NCBI GenBank assembly: GCA_965208575.1 | Contig: CBDBOV010000005.1 | Coordinates: 896,001 to 960,000 of the forward strand | Length of the DNA: 64,000 bases | Direction of reading: 5' to 3' | Source of the DNA: Spirochaetia bacterium | GTDB lineage: Bacteria > Spirochaetota > Spirochaetia > SZUA-6 > Bin103 | Position numbers and translations under genes: made by a program | Notes under the pieces: model-generated | The model's input: the letters and a program-made list of their open reading frames with translations, nothing else | What the model was told of the DNA's origin: nothing | Databases searched by the model: none | Part shown: positions 28,290 to 38,288 of the stretch, one piece after another | Numbering within the stretch: position 1 is the first letter of the stretch | Layout of the letters: each line of letters starts with the position of its first letter

Positions 28290-29270
28290 TCAGCGTTGTT
28301 TCCTGCGAGCCCGGCGGAGGAAGTCGTCCTCGTCGCGGCACTCCAGCGCGGCCTCTACCAGTGCCGCGGTGGAGACGCCCTGCAACTGCGCCAGGTGGCG
28401 GGGAAGCGCCGCCGAGACCGGCAGGCCGCGCGACCGCAGCACCTGCAGCACGGCTTCCTGCAGCATCGCGGTCCTGCCCTCCAGCCAGCCTTCGGTGCGA
28501 CCGGCGGCGCGACTCTCCTGGCGCTCAGCGCGCATCTGCGGGTCGTCGTCCGGCCCCGTGCCCGCTGTAGAGCCCAGCGCGCGCCCCACGCGCCGGAGCG
28601 CGGCCAGGGTGGCCTGCGACAACTCCGGCTCATTCAGCGCCCGGTGGATCTCCTGCGAAGTCCAGCCGGCGAAGGCGCGGCTGTGCTTCGCGGAGCGAAA
28701 CGCTCCGTCCTCCAGCAGGTAGATCGTCACGCCGGGGCGCAGGCCCGCCGGGCGGCTCGGGGAGGACTGCTCGGGCACCTCGACCCACACCTCCGGGAAG
28801 CCCCACGACTCGTACAGCGACAGCTTGCCACGGCGCACGTCGGTGGTGTTGTCCACCTCCAGCACCACGTCCGGCAGCGTGTCGGTGCACACTTCGATCC
28901 TCGCGCCCGGTGGCCGCGTGGTGCGCGGGTGCAGGTAGACGGTCTGATCGGCCTCCAGGATGCGCAGCCAGGCGCCTTGGGCATCGCGCAGCAGGAGGTC
29001 GGCGGCGCCGAACGTCTCGATCGGCGAGCCGCGCACCAGGGCGATGCGGGTGGCCAGTTCGCGCAGGCGCTGGCCCGGGTGCTCGTGGTAGACGCTGACC
29101 GGATCGCAAATCATGGCGGTCTCGGTGGCGGCGTCCCAGTACTCGATACGGCGCTCACAGCGCTCGATGTCGTCGCGCGCAATGTGCACCGCCCGGCAGC
29201 CGGGAAACTCCAAGGGCGGCGTCTCGCGCCTGACCGGGCGCGGCACGGCGGCGGCGCGGTACTCAGCCAT
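28290..29270 (-). CDS. Uma2-family PD-(D/E)XK endonuclease-like protein, copy 1
   Basis: LEADQTVY…PDVVLEVDNTTDVRRGKLSLYESWGFPEVWV; C-terminal RxEGxxEG tail. Confidence 0.85.
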   Translation of the reverse strand: MAEYRAAAVPRPVRRETPPLEFPGCRAVHIARDDIERCERRIEYWDAATETAMICDPVSVYHEHPGQRLRELATRIALVRGSPIETFGAADLLLRDAQGAWLRILEADQTVYLHPRTTRPPGARIEVCTDTLPDVVLEVDNTTDVRRGKLSLYESWGFPEVWVEVPEQSSPSRPAGLRPGVTIYLLEDGAFRSAKHSRAFAGWTSQEIHRALNEPELSQATLAALRRVGRALGSTAGTGPDDDPQMRAERQESRAAGRTEGWLEGRTAMLQEAVLQVLRSRGLPVSAALPRHLAQLQGVSTAALVEAALECRDEDDFLRRARRKQR

Positions 29271-29290
29271 GGCACCAGGATATCAGGATT

Positions 29291-29327
29291 CGACCGATCA
29301 TTCCACTAGACCCGGATGTGTCGGTCG
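29291..29327. repeat. Inverted repeat upstream of Uma2 copy 1 (equivalent at 30310-30348 for copy 2)
   Basis: CGACCGA…TCGGTCG in both copies. Confidence 0.7.
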
Positions 29328-30290
29328 TTGTATCCGGCGAGCCCGGCGGAGGAAGTCTTCCTCGTCGCGGCACGCCAGCGCCGCCTCTACCAGTGCCGCG
29401 GTGGAGACGCCCTGCAACCGCGCGAAGTGGGGTGGGAGTTCGGCCGAGACCGGCAGGCCGCGCGACCGCAGCACCTGCAGCACGGCTTCCCGCAGCATCT
29501 CCGTCCTGCCTTCCAGCCGGCCTTCGGCGCGGCTCTCCCGGCGCTCAGTGCGCATCTGTAGATCGTCGTCCGGCCCGGTGCCCGCGGCCGCGCCCAGCGC
29601 CCGCCCCACGCGGCGCAGCGCGGACAGGGTGGCCTGCGACAACTCCGGCTCATTCAACGCCCGGTGGATTTCCGCCGCCGTCCAGCCGGCAAAGGCGCGG
29701 CTGTGCGCGGCGGTGCGAAAGGCGCCGCCCTCCAGCAGGTAGATCGTCACGCCGGGACGCAGGCTCGCCGGGCGGCTCGGGGATGACTGTTCGGGCACCT
29801 CGACCCACACCTCCGGGAAGCCCCACGACTCGTACAGCGACAGCTTGCCGCGGCGCACGTCGGTGGTGTTGTCCACCTCCAGCACCACGTCCGGCAGCGT
29901 GTCGGTGCCCACTTCGATCCGGGCACCCGGGGGCCGCGTGGTGCGCGGGTGCAGGTAGACGGTCTGGTCCGCCTCCAGGATGCGCCGCCAGGCGCCGTCG
30001 GCATCGCGCAGCAGGAGGTCGGCGGCGCCGAACGTCTCGATCGGCGAGCCGCGCAACTGGGCGATGCGCGTGGCCAGCTCGCGCAGGCGCTGGCCCGGGT
30101 GTTCGTGGTAGACGCTGACCGGATCACAAATCATGGCGGTCTCGGTGGCGGCGTCCCAGTACTCGATGCGGCGTTCGCAGCGCTCGATGTCGGCGCGCGC
30201 AATGCGCACCGCCCGGCAGCCGGGAAACTCCAAGGGCGGCGTCTCGCGCCTGACCGGGCGCGGCACGGCGGCGGCGCGGTACTCAGCCAT
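29298..30290 (-). CDS. Uma2-family endonuclease-like protein, copy 2 (tandem duplicate)
   Basis: Nearly identical to copy 1 along its length; duplicated ~60-bp upstream region. Confidence 0.85.
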   Translation of the reverse strand: MAEYRAAAVPRPVRRETPPLEFPGCRAVRIARADIERCERRIEYWDAATETAMICDPVSVYHEHPGQRLRELATRIAQLRGSPIETFGAADLLLRDADGAWRRILEADQTVYLHPRTTRPPGARIEVGTDTLPDVVLEVDNTTDVRRGKLSLYESWGFPEVWVEVPEQSSPSRPASLRPGVTIYLLEGGAFRTAAHSRAFAGWTAAEIHRALNEPELSQATLSALRRVGRALGAAAGTGPDDDLQMRTERRESRAEGRLEGRTEMLREAVLQVLRSRGLPVSAELPPHFARLQGVSTAALVEAALACRDEEDFLRRARRIQRPTHPGLVE

Positions 30291-30406
30291 GGCACCAGGA
30301 TATCAGAGTGCGACCGATCATTCCAGTAGACCTGAGTGTGTCGGTCGCTGCCGCCGCCCGTGCTCGCCGGGCCGCCGTGGCAACGTCGGTGTCGGCTCTC
30401 GCGCTT

Positions 30407-33103
30407 TCACTTGCGCGGCGGGCGGCGCCGCGCGGGGGTGGTGCGCTTGGCGGGGCCGGAGCGCCTGGCGGCGGTGCGGCGTTTTGGGGCGGGGCCGCGC
30501 TCGCGGCGGAGGAGCAGGAGTTCGGCGGCGCGCTCGGGGGTGATGGTTTCGACTGAGTCGCCGGTGCGCAGCGAGGCGTTGGTTTCGCCGTCGGTGACGT
30601 AGGGGCCGAAGCGGCCCTCCTTGATCACCATTGGGCGGTCGGTTGCGGGGTCGTTGCCCAGTTCCTTCAGCGGCGCCTTGGCTGCCTGGGAGCGTCGGCG
30701 CTTGGGTTGCGCCAGGATTCGCTCGCACTGCTCCAGCGTGATCGTGAACAGCAGTTCCTCCGACTCCAGGGTGCGGTTGTCGTTGCCCTTCTTGATGTAG
30801 GGGCCGTAGCGGCCGTTTTGGGCGGTCACCGGGGTGCCGTCGGCGGCGGTGCCGACCACGCGCGGCAGCGACAACACTTTCAGGGCCTCGTCCAGGGTCA
30901 CGGTGTCCAGGCTCATGCTGGCCAGCAGCGACGCGGTCTTCGGTTTCTCCTTGGCCGTGCCGTCCGCTTCGCCAACCTGGACGTAGGGGCCGAACCTGCC
31001 GGCGCGGGCGATCACCGGCAGACCGCTGTCCGGGTCGGCGCCGAGCACCCGGTCGTCGCTGGGCGCCTGGATCAGCTCCAGCGCCCGCTCCAGCGTCAAC
31101 TCGTCGGGCGCGATCTCCGCCGGGACATTGGCGCGCGCCTCGCCGCGCTGCAGGTAGGTCCCGTAACGGCCGACGCGGACCACGATGCCGTCGCCGGCGT
31201 CATCGCCTTCACTGCCGCCGATCACCACCGAGTTGACGGCGCGGGCATCGATCTCGCCGAGCCGGTCCGACACCATCGCCTTCAGGCCGGGATCGCCGTT
31301 GCCGTCGACGCCGAAGTAAAAGCGGCGCAGCCACGGCAGCACCTCCTCGTCGCCGGTCGCTATGTTGTCGAGGTCATCCTCCATGCGCGCGGTGAACGCG
31401 TAATCCACGAGGTCGGAGAAGTGTCGCTCCAGCAGGTTCACCACCGAGAACGCGGTGAAGGTGGGAACCAGCGCGGTGCCCTTCTTCCACACGTAACCGC
31501 GGTCCTGAATGGTGGTCATGATGGTGGCGTAGGTGGAGGGGCGGCCGACGCCGAGCGTCTCCAGTTGGCGGACCAGCGACGCCTCGGTGAACCGCGCCGG
31601 CGGCTGGGTGGCGTGGCCGGCGGGCTCGATCGCGCGGGCGTCGACCGCGTCCCCTTCGGCCACGGCGGGCAACTGCCGCTCGCTGTCACTGTCGGGCCGC
31701 CGGTCGTTGGCGCCACGGTCGTCGTCGGCGCCCTCCGAGTAGACGCGGCGGAAGCCGTAGTGGGTGATGGTGGTGCCGGCGGCGGCGAACTCCGCCTCGC
31801 GCCCGTCGCCCGCCGTGCCGCCGACCCGGACGTGCACGGTGCTACCCACGGTATCGGTCATCTGCGACGCCACCGTGCGCTTCCAGATCAGGTCGTACAG
31901 CGCCGCCTCCTGGCGCGGCAGCGTGCGGCTCACTTCCTCCGGCGGGCGGAAGCGGTTGCCGGCGGGCCTGATCGCCTCGTGCGCTTCCTGCGCGTTCTTG
32001 ACCCGGCTGGCGTAGCGGCGCGGCGACGGCGGCAGGTACTGGTCGCCGTAGCGCTCCCGGATGGTGTCGCGAGCGGCGCCGTGGGCGGCGCTCGACAGCG
32101 TGGTGCTGTCGGTGCGCATGTAGGTGATGAAGCCTTTCTCGTACAGCGATTGCGCGGTGCGCATCGCGACGGTCGCCGACATGCGCAGCTTGCGGCTCGC
32201 TTCCTGCTGCAGGGTGGAGGTCATGAACGGGGCGGCGGGCCGCCGCCGGTAGGGTTTTTTCTCCACCGACCGCACCGTGAACGACGTGTCGGCGAGCGCG
32301 GCGATGAGGCCGCGTGCGGCGGCCTCGTCGAGGCGTACGGTAGCATCGTTCTTGAGCTTCCCGCCGCGGTCGAAGCTGGCGCCGGTGGCGACCGGCCGCC
32401 CGTCGACGGCGACCAGGGCGGCGTCGAACTCGCTCGGGTCGCCGGCCGCCGCGTCACCGGCCACGGCGAAGGTCGCGGTGAGGCTCCAGTACTCGGCCGC
32501 AACGAACGCCATCCGGGCGCGCTCCCGCTCCACGACGATGCGCGTGGCGACGCTCTGCACGCGGCCGGCGGACAGCCGCGGCTGCACCTTCTTCCACAGC
32601 ACCGGCGAGACTTCGTAGCCGTACAGGCGGTCCAGGATGCGCCGCGCCTCCTGCGAGTCGACCAGCCGGCGGTCCACGTCTCGAGGATTCTCGATGGCGG
32701 CGCGAATCGCCGGCGCGGTGATCTCGTGGAACACCATCCGCTTCACTTCCATCCGCTTGGGCGGCTTCAGCACCTGCTGCAGGTGCCAGGCGATCGCCTC
32801 GCCTTCGCGGTCTTCGTCAGTGGCCAGGTAGAGCACGTCCGCCCCGGCGAGCAGCTTCTTGAGCTTGGTGATCTGCTTGCGCTTGTCCGGCGACACCACG
32901 TACAGCGGCTTGAAACCGTGTTCGACGTCGATCCCGAGGCGCGCCCACGGCTTGTCCTTGTGCGCCTTCGGGACGTCGGCGGCGTTCTGCGGCAGATCGC
33001 GGACATGGCCGATGGAGGACTCGACCACGTAATCGGAGCCCAGGTGGCGGGCGATGGTGTTCGCCTTGGCGGGCGATTCGACAATGACGAGGGCCGCTGG
33101 CAC
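30407..33103 (-). CDS. topA: DNA topoisomerase I (type IA) with C-terminal GR(Y/F)GPY repeats and basic tail
   Basis: LVIVESPAKA, ATDEDREGEAI, SAGRVQS, GFITYMRTDS, AQEAHEAIRP, GRPSTYA. Confidence 0.97.
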   Translation of the reverse strand: MPAALVIVESPAKANTIARHLGSDYVVESSIGHVRDLPQNAADVPKAHKDKPWARLGIDVEHGFKPLYVVSPDKRKQITKLKKLLAGADVLYLATDEDREGEAIAWHLQQVLKPPKRMEVKRMVFHEITAPAIRAAIENPRDVDRRLVDSQEARRILDRLYGYEVSPVLWKKVQPRLSAGRVQSVATRIVVERERARMAFVAAEYWSLTATFAVAGDAAAGDPSEFDAALVAVDGRPVATGASFDRGGKLKNDATVRLDEAAARGLIAALADTSFTVRSVEKKPYRRRPAAPFMTSTLQQEASRKLRMSATVAMRTAQSLYEKGFITYMRTDSTTLSSAAHGAARDTIRERYGDQYLPPSPRRYASRVKNAQEAHEAIRPAGNRFRPPEEVSRTLPRQEAALYDLIWKRTVASQMTDTVGSTVHVRVGGTAGDGREAEFAAAGTTITHYGFRRVYSEGADDDRGANDRRPDSDSERQLPAVAEGDAVDARAIEPAGHATQPPARFTEASLVRQLETLGVGRPSTYATIMTTIQDRGYVWKKGTALVPTFTAFSVVNLLERHFSDLVDYAFTARMEDDLDNIATGDEEVLPWLRRFYFGVDGNGDPGLKAMVSDRLGEIDARAVNSVVIGGSEGDDAGDGIVVRVGRYGTYLQRGEARANVPAEIAPDELTLERALELIQAPSDDRVLGADPDSGLPVIARAGRFGPYVQVGEADGTAKEKPKTASLLASMSLDTVTLDEALKVLSLPRVVGTAADGTPVTAQNGRYGPYIKKGNDNRTLESEELLFTITLEQCERILAQPKRRRSQAAKAPLKELGNDPATDRPMVIKEGRFGPYVTDGETNASLRTGDSVETITPERAAELLLLRRERGPAPKRRTAARRSGPAKRTTPARRRPPRK

Positions 33104-33109
33104 GGCAAG

Positions 33110-33140
33110 AAAATACGCTCCGCGCCGCACCGCGTGTCAA
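33110..33140 (-). promoter_or_regulatory. Putative topA promoter with 19-bp spacer, leaderless
   Basis: TTGACA-19nt-TATTTT-6nt-GTG. Confidence 0.5.
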
Positions 33141-33334
33141 TACGTGGTGCGGAAGTGCGGAAGTGGTGGAGGTGAGGCGGCACGGAGCCGTCAGGAGGCG
33201 GGCAGCCGGTGGCGCGACCCGGCTGCCTTGAAGGCGATGCATCCGATCGCCTGCCGCGCACCTTGCCCGCCGGGCGCCTGACTGCTCCCGGTGCGCCACC
33301 GGGCCGCCGGGGTCGCCGCGGTCGCCGGGGGCTG

Positions 33335-35530
33335 CTACTCGGATTTTCTGACGATCTCCAGGATCGCGGCGCCGTAACGCTCCACCTTGGCGGGGCCGAT
33401 GCCGTACGCCAGCTCCAGCGCGCCGGCGGTGGCGGGGCGCAGCCGGGCAATGTCGCGCAGCGAGCGGTCGCTGGCAATCACGTAGGGGGGCACCTTCTGG
33501 CTCCGCGCCTCGGCGAGCCGGAACGCGCGCAGCGCCTCGAACAGGTCGCGCCCGCGGGCATCCAGCTCGGCGTCTTCGACCGCCGGTGCCGGGCGTGCCC
33601 CGTCCGGTGCCAGGCGCAGCCCGCCCTGAAACGCGGCGTTCGCGGCGGCCATGCCCTGTGCGGCGCGGCCCGCGGCCTCCACGCGCGCGTACCGCAGCCG
33701 CGGCGGCAGCAGCAGCCGCGCCGGGCGCTGTCCCTGCATCACCGCGCGGCCCTCGGGCGTGATCGCGACCACCGGGCGGTCGCCGCCGGAGAAGTCCACC
33801 CAGCCGGCGGTGACGCAGCGCCGCAGCAGGCGCAGCAGCCACTCCTCGGGATGGTCGCCGAGGATGCCGAAGGTGGGCGTGTGGTGCAGCCCGGCGCGCT
33901 GCAGCCGCGCGTCGGCGGCGCCCTTGAGCAGCTTGACCGCCGCCGCCAGGCCGAAGCGGGTGTGCACGCGGGCCACCGCGGACAGCGCCTTGCGCACCAG
34001 CATGGTGATCTGCTGCTCATCCTGCTCCGGCTCATCGGCCAGCCGCAGGCACGCGTCGCAGCGCCCGCAGCCGGCCAGCGTCTCCGCCTCGTCGCCGAAG
34101 TAGCGCAGGATGGCGTCGTGGCGGCAACTGCCGCCCTCGGCCCAGCGCATCAGTTCCAGGAACAGGTTCCACTTGTGGCGCACCAGTTCGGCGTCCGCGG
34201 CGCCGCCGGCGGCATCGCTCTCGATCAGGTGGCGGCGCAGGGCCATGTCACCCGGCGACACCAGCAGCAGGCACACCGCCGGCTCACCGTCGCGCCCGGC
34301 GCGCCCCGCCTCCTGGTAGTAGGCCTCCAGCGATCCGGGCGGCGCCAGGTGGGCGACGCAGCGCACGTCGGCGCGGTCGATGCCCATGCCGAACGCGTTG
34401 GTCGCGACCACCACCTCCAGTTCGCCCGCCATGAAGGCGGTCTGTACCCGGTCGCGCTGCTCGCCGGACATGCCGGCGTGGTACGCCTCCACCACCCAGC
34501 CGCGCCGCGCCAGCCGCGCCGCCTCCTCCTCGGTGCCGCGCCGCGTCGGCGCGTACACTATGGCGGTGCCGGAGGCGGCCCCCGGCGTGCTCAGGGTCTC
34601 GACCAGCACGCCGTCCACGAACCGGTCGCGCTCCCGCTTGCCCAGCACCTCCGCGGCGCGCAGCGCCAGGTTGGGCCGCGCGAAGCCGTGGATCATCTGC
34701 GGCGTGTCGGCGGGCAGGCCGAGGCGTTCCAGGATCTCGTCCCGCACCACCGGGGTGGCAGTTGCGGTACAGGCCAGCACGCGGGCCCGCGGCAGAAGCT
34801 GCAGCAGCTCCTCGATCTGCAGGTAGTCGGGACGGAAGTCGTGCCCCCAGGCGCTGATGCAGTGCGCCTCGTCGACGGCCACCAGCGGGCACTCGATGCG
34901 CTCGAGGGCGGACCGCAGCCAGGTGTTGGCCAGGCGCTCGGGGGCCACGTAGACCAGCTTGAAGGCGCCGCGCGCGAGTGCGGCGACGCGCCGTCGTACC
35001 TCGTCGAAGGGCAGGGTGCCGGCCAGGTAGGTGGCGGTGACGCCGCGTTGCTCGAGCGCCGCCACCTGGTCGTGCATCAGGGCGATCAGCGGCGAGACCA
35101 CCACGGTGGTGCCCGGCAGCAGCGCCGCCGGGAGCTGGTAGGTCAGGCTCTTGCCGCCGCCGGTGGGGGCTACCAGCAGCAGCCGCCGCGCCTCCAGCAG
35201 GGTTTCGACAGCCTCGCGCTGCCCGGCGCGGAAGCGCTGCAGCCCGAGCCGGCGCAGTCCTTCATCCAGGTCCAACCCGGAGCGCCGGTGCCCCTGGGAA
35301 CCGGGATGCCCGGCTTCGCCATGGTCGTTCGGCCGCGCACCGCTGCCGTCGCCGGCGACGACCGCTTCGGCGGCGAAGCCGTGCAGGTACGGCGCGCCTG
35401 CGGCGGTAGCCTGCCCGCGGCCGGAGCGGGGCTCGGCAGGCCCCGCTGCATCTGCGGTCGGATCCGGCGCCGCGTCTCTCGAATCGGTTGCGAACAGCTC
35501 GCCTTGCATCTTCGTCCGCGCGTTGAACAT
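33335..35530 (-). CDS. recQ: RecQ-family ATP-dependent DNA helicase with RQC and HRDC domains (start uncertain: 35530 or 35509)
   Basis: APTGGGKSLTYQLPA, VDEAHCISAWGHDFRPDY, TATAT, ATNAFGMGID, YYQEAGRAGRDG, CR…CGRCDAC, VPPYVIASD. Confidence 0.95.
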   Translation of the reverse strand: MFNARTKMQGELFATDSRDAAPDPTADAAGPAEPRSGRGQATAAGAPYLHGFAAEAVVAGDGSGARPNDHGEAGHPGSQGHRRSGLDLDEGLRRLGLQRFRAGQREAVETLLEARRLLLVAPTGGGKSLTYQLPAALLPGTTVVVSPLIALMHDQVAALEQRGVTATYLAGTLPFDEVRRRVAALARGAFKLVYVAPERLANTWLRSALERIECPLVAVDEAHCISAWGHDFRPDYLQIEELLQLLPRARVLACTATATPVVRDEILERLGLPADTPQMIHGFARPNLALRAAEVLGKRERDRFVDGVLVETLSTPGAASGTAIVYAPTRRGTEEEAARLARRGWVVEAYHAGMSGEQRDRVQTAFMAGELEVVVATNAFGMGIDRADVRCVAHLAPPGSLEAYYQEAGRAGRDGEPAVCLLLVSPGDMALRRHLIESDAAGGAADAELVRHKWNLFLELMRWAEGGSCRHDAILRYFGDEAETLAGCGRCDACLRLADEPEQDEQQITMLVRKALSAVARVHTRFGLAAAVKLLKGAADARLQRAGLHHTPTFGILGDHPEEWLLRLLRRCVTAGWVDFSGGDRPVVAITPEGRAVMQGQRPARLLLPPRLRYARVEAAGRAAQGMAAANAAFQGGLRLAPDGARPAPAVEDAELDARGRDLFEALRAFRLAEARSQKVPPYVIASDRSLRDIARLRPATAGALELAYGIGPAKVERYGAAILEIVRKSE

Positions 35531-35732
35531 CACTATACCACCTGTCGTTCCGCACGGCGCGGCGGCGGGTACCGCAAGCGACCGTGCTGGCTCTGGCAAT
35601 TGCAATGGGCTCCCGTCGCTGGCGCTTGCATCCCGACGCCGGCGCTTCGCCGCGGCCACCGGGGGCGCACCCGCGTCCCGTACAGGGGAGTGCGCCAAGG
35701 CGAGATACAGCGAGATACAGCGGCCGGCGCGA

Positions 35733-36237
35733 ATGAACCCGGCTCCCAAGAACATAAAGATTCATATCATCCTGGTAGTATTGGCCGGGTTCGTCGCGAT
35801 ACCGATTGTTATAATGTCGTATGCTTCTTTTCGCAACGGAGGAATTCAAATTACATAACTCCCTTTAGTCATCCTTTCTTCGCCAGGGGTTTTCTCAACA
35901 GCACCATCATTGCCGTGCCAACGGTGATACTGCCGGTGGTTTCGTTGACGATGCCTTGCCGGAGCTGGCGGCAGTAACGATTTTTTCGTTCCTCAATGCA
36001 TGGAATGAGTTCTTGCTGCCGTTGGTCGCGTTACGGAAGAATGACCTGTTTCCGGTAACAAAGCTGCCAACATTTTTTCTTGGCCAATTTGCCCGCAATT
36101 ATCATGTGTTCTTTGCGAGTTTCGTGGGAATCACGTTACCCGTGGTGCTGGTCTATGTGATTCTTCAGAAGTATTTCATCAAGGGACTGACGGCAGGAGC
36201 GATAAAATCATGGGTCGACTCCGGGGCGTCGCCATAG
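35733..36237 (+). pseudogene. Low-GC, internally deleted and frameshifted carbohydrate ABC permease (MalG-like)
   Basis: Three pieces in different frames: MNPAPKNIKIHIILVVLAGFVAIPIVIMSYASF; FLNSTIIAVPTVI; AVTIFSFLNAWNEFLLPL…LQKYFIKGLTAGAIK. Confidence 0.75.
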
Positions 36238-36249
36238 TACCTTGCGGTC

Positions 36250-37377
36250 ATGCCTCTCAACGTGGGTGTAGTAGGGTACAACGGCATCGGACAGCGGCAC
36301 GCCGGGTGTCATCACGAGGATGATCTCGCCACCTTGGTGGCGGTGTGTGACGCGGTGGCCGGGCGCGCGGAGCCCGCCAACGAGCAGTATGGCGCAACGG
36401 TACATGGCAGCGTGCCCGACATGCTGGCCGCGCACCCGGAACTGGACGTGGTGGACGTCTGCACCGGCGGCGACGAGAACGGCGGCTGGCACTTCGAGCC
36501 GGTCATGCAGGCGCTGGATGCCGGCAAGCACGTGCTGGTGGAGAAGCCGCTGTCCAACGATCTGAACGAGGCGCGCCAGATGGTGGAGTTCGCGGCCCAG
36601 CGCGGCCGGTACCTGGGCTGCAACCTTAACCACTACTTCAGCGAGCCGGCCGACCGGGCGATGGAGCTGATCCGCGACGGCAAGATCGGCGAGCAGCTTT
36701 ACTGCCTGATGCGGATGGGGTTCCAGGGCGGCGAGTACACCTACTCCGGGCCCGAGGCGGGCGCCAATGGGCGCGGCTTTCCCTACTTTCATGTGAAGGC
36801 GTTCCTGTCGCACCCGTTCGCGATCATGCGCCACTTCTGCGGTGACATCACGCACGTGCAGGCGTTCATGAACCGGCCGTCGTTTCGGCGCGCCGCCGGC
36901 GACCCGATGGTGTCGCTGAACAGCATCCACGTGCGCTTCGCCTCCGACGCGGTGGGCTACCTGTTCAGTCAGCGCGGCGACGCGCGCATGGGCTACGGCG
37001 GCTGGTGGAGCTTCGAACTCGGCGGTACACGCGGCACGTTCGCGATCGAGAATTGCGTGGAAAAGCTGATCCATTTCCCGGCGCCGGGCGCCGAGGGAGC
37101 CGCCGATCCTGCCGCAATCAGCCTGGGCAGCGCCCCCGAGCCGACGGTGCTGAATACCGGCATCACCGACTTCGGCGCCACCTTTCCGAGGCGCATCCAC
37201 GCGTTCCTGGAAGATGTCGCCAACGGCGTGCCGGCCAGCGAGCTGCGCGCCTCCGGCCGTGACGCCCTGGCCACCCTGGAATACACCTTCGCCGCCATCG
37301 AGTCGTTCGAATCCGGCGGCGAACTGGTGCGCTCGCAGCCGCTGCCCACCGCCCGCCGCACCCCCGCGGCGCGGTAA
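36250..37377 (+). CDS. Gfo/Idh/MocA family NAD(P)-dependent oxidoreductase
   Basis: VGVVGYNGIG, LVAVCD, ALDAGKHVLVEKPL. Confidence 0.9.
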   Translation: MPLNVGVVGYNGIGQRHAGCHHEDDLATLVAVCDAVAGRAEPANEQYGATVHGSVPDMLAAHPELDVVDVCTGGDENGGWHFEPVMQALDAGKHVLVEKPLSNDLNEARQMVEFAAQRGRYLGCNLNHYFSEPADRAMELIRDGKIGEQLYCLMRMGFQGGEYTYSGPEAGANGRGFPYFHVKAFLSHPFAIMRHFCGDITHVQAFMNRPSFRRAAGDPMVSLNSIHVRFASDAVGYLFSQRGDARMGYGGWWSFELGGTRGTFAIENCVEKLIHFPAPGAEGAADPAAISLGSAPEPTVLNTGITDFGATFPRRIHAFLEDVANGVPASELRASGRDALATLEYTFAAIESFESGGELVRSQPLPTARRTPAAR

Positions 37378-37718
37378 GGCAACCGCCCACCGCGCCGGAG
37401 CGGGCGGTGGCGCCGGCAATCTGGCGCTACGTCAGCCGGCTGCCGGTGCGCTTGGTGAGGGCGGGTAGAGGCGTTTCGGCGGCGGCGGCGTGATGCCGCG
37501 GCCGCTCCCTTCCGCCGCCCGTGCAGGGCTCCACCGCGGTCATCTCAGTGGCAACCATACTCCCCGCTCGGTCACACAGCCCGATCATTTGAAATAACAC
37601 CTGATGCCCGCATAGATACTGTACGCAACGTCACTTACCGTGGTAGCGTCCGCGGAATGAACTGGACCAGCCGTACAATATGCGCCGGCGTCATGGCCGC
37701 CTGACGCGCGGGCCGGTC

Positions 37719-38288
37719 GTGAACGCGCATTTGCTCCGAGCGGGCACGGTATTGGCCGTGGTTGCGCTTGCCACGGCCGGTTGCGAGTTGGACACCGACC
37801 ACCGCGAGACATGGCGTGGTCTGGAGGTGGCCCCCGAGCACCGCTGCTCGGCGTACGACCGAGACGATTACCCGTACCCACAAAGCGTGGAGCCGCTGAT
37901 CGCAGCGCGGCTTGGCGGCTGGTGGTCGCCCTATGACGGCACGGTATTCGACGACCGTAGTGAGTCAGACATCGAACACATCATAGCAGTGAGCGAGGCT
38001 CACGATAGCGGTGCATGTCGGTGGGATTCGGGGCGCCGGAGGGCGTTCGCGCGGGACCTCGACAACCTGACGCTCGCCACGCCGCAGCTCAACCGCTTCG
38101 AGAAGCGTGCGTACGATGCGGCCAACTGGCTGCCCGAGCACAACAGGTGCTGGTTTGCCGGGCGCGTGCTGGCCGTCAGGTTGGAGTATGACCTGACCAT
38201 AGACCAGCTTGAGGCAGCGGCGCTGGACCGCGCGTTTGCCGGTTGTACCGCTGCTCAGATAGCGACGCCTACTCGTCCAGACCCGTAA
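37719..38288 (+). CDS. Lipoprotein HNH nuclease (DUF1524-like)
   Basis: Lipobox TAGC; DIEHIIAVSEAHDSG…AFARDLDNLTLA…N…K…DAANWLP. Confidence 0.75.
   Translation: MNAHLLRAGTVLAVVALATAGCELDTDHRETWRGLEVAPEHRCSAYDRDDYPYPQSVEPLIAARLGGWWSPYDGTVFDDRSESDIEHIIAVSEAHDSGACRWDSGRRRAFARDLDNLTLATPQLNRFEKRAYDAANWLPEHNRCWFAGRVLAVRLEYDLTIDQLEAAALDRAFAGCTAAQIATPTRPDP

Noticed and set aside
28290-30350. Uma2 tandem as an assembly artefact
   Set aside because: Copies differ by many scattered substitutions and a 12-bp indel while both stay in frame, so a real duplication is favoured, though only long reads can exclude strain collapse.
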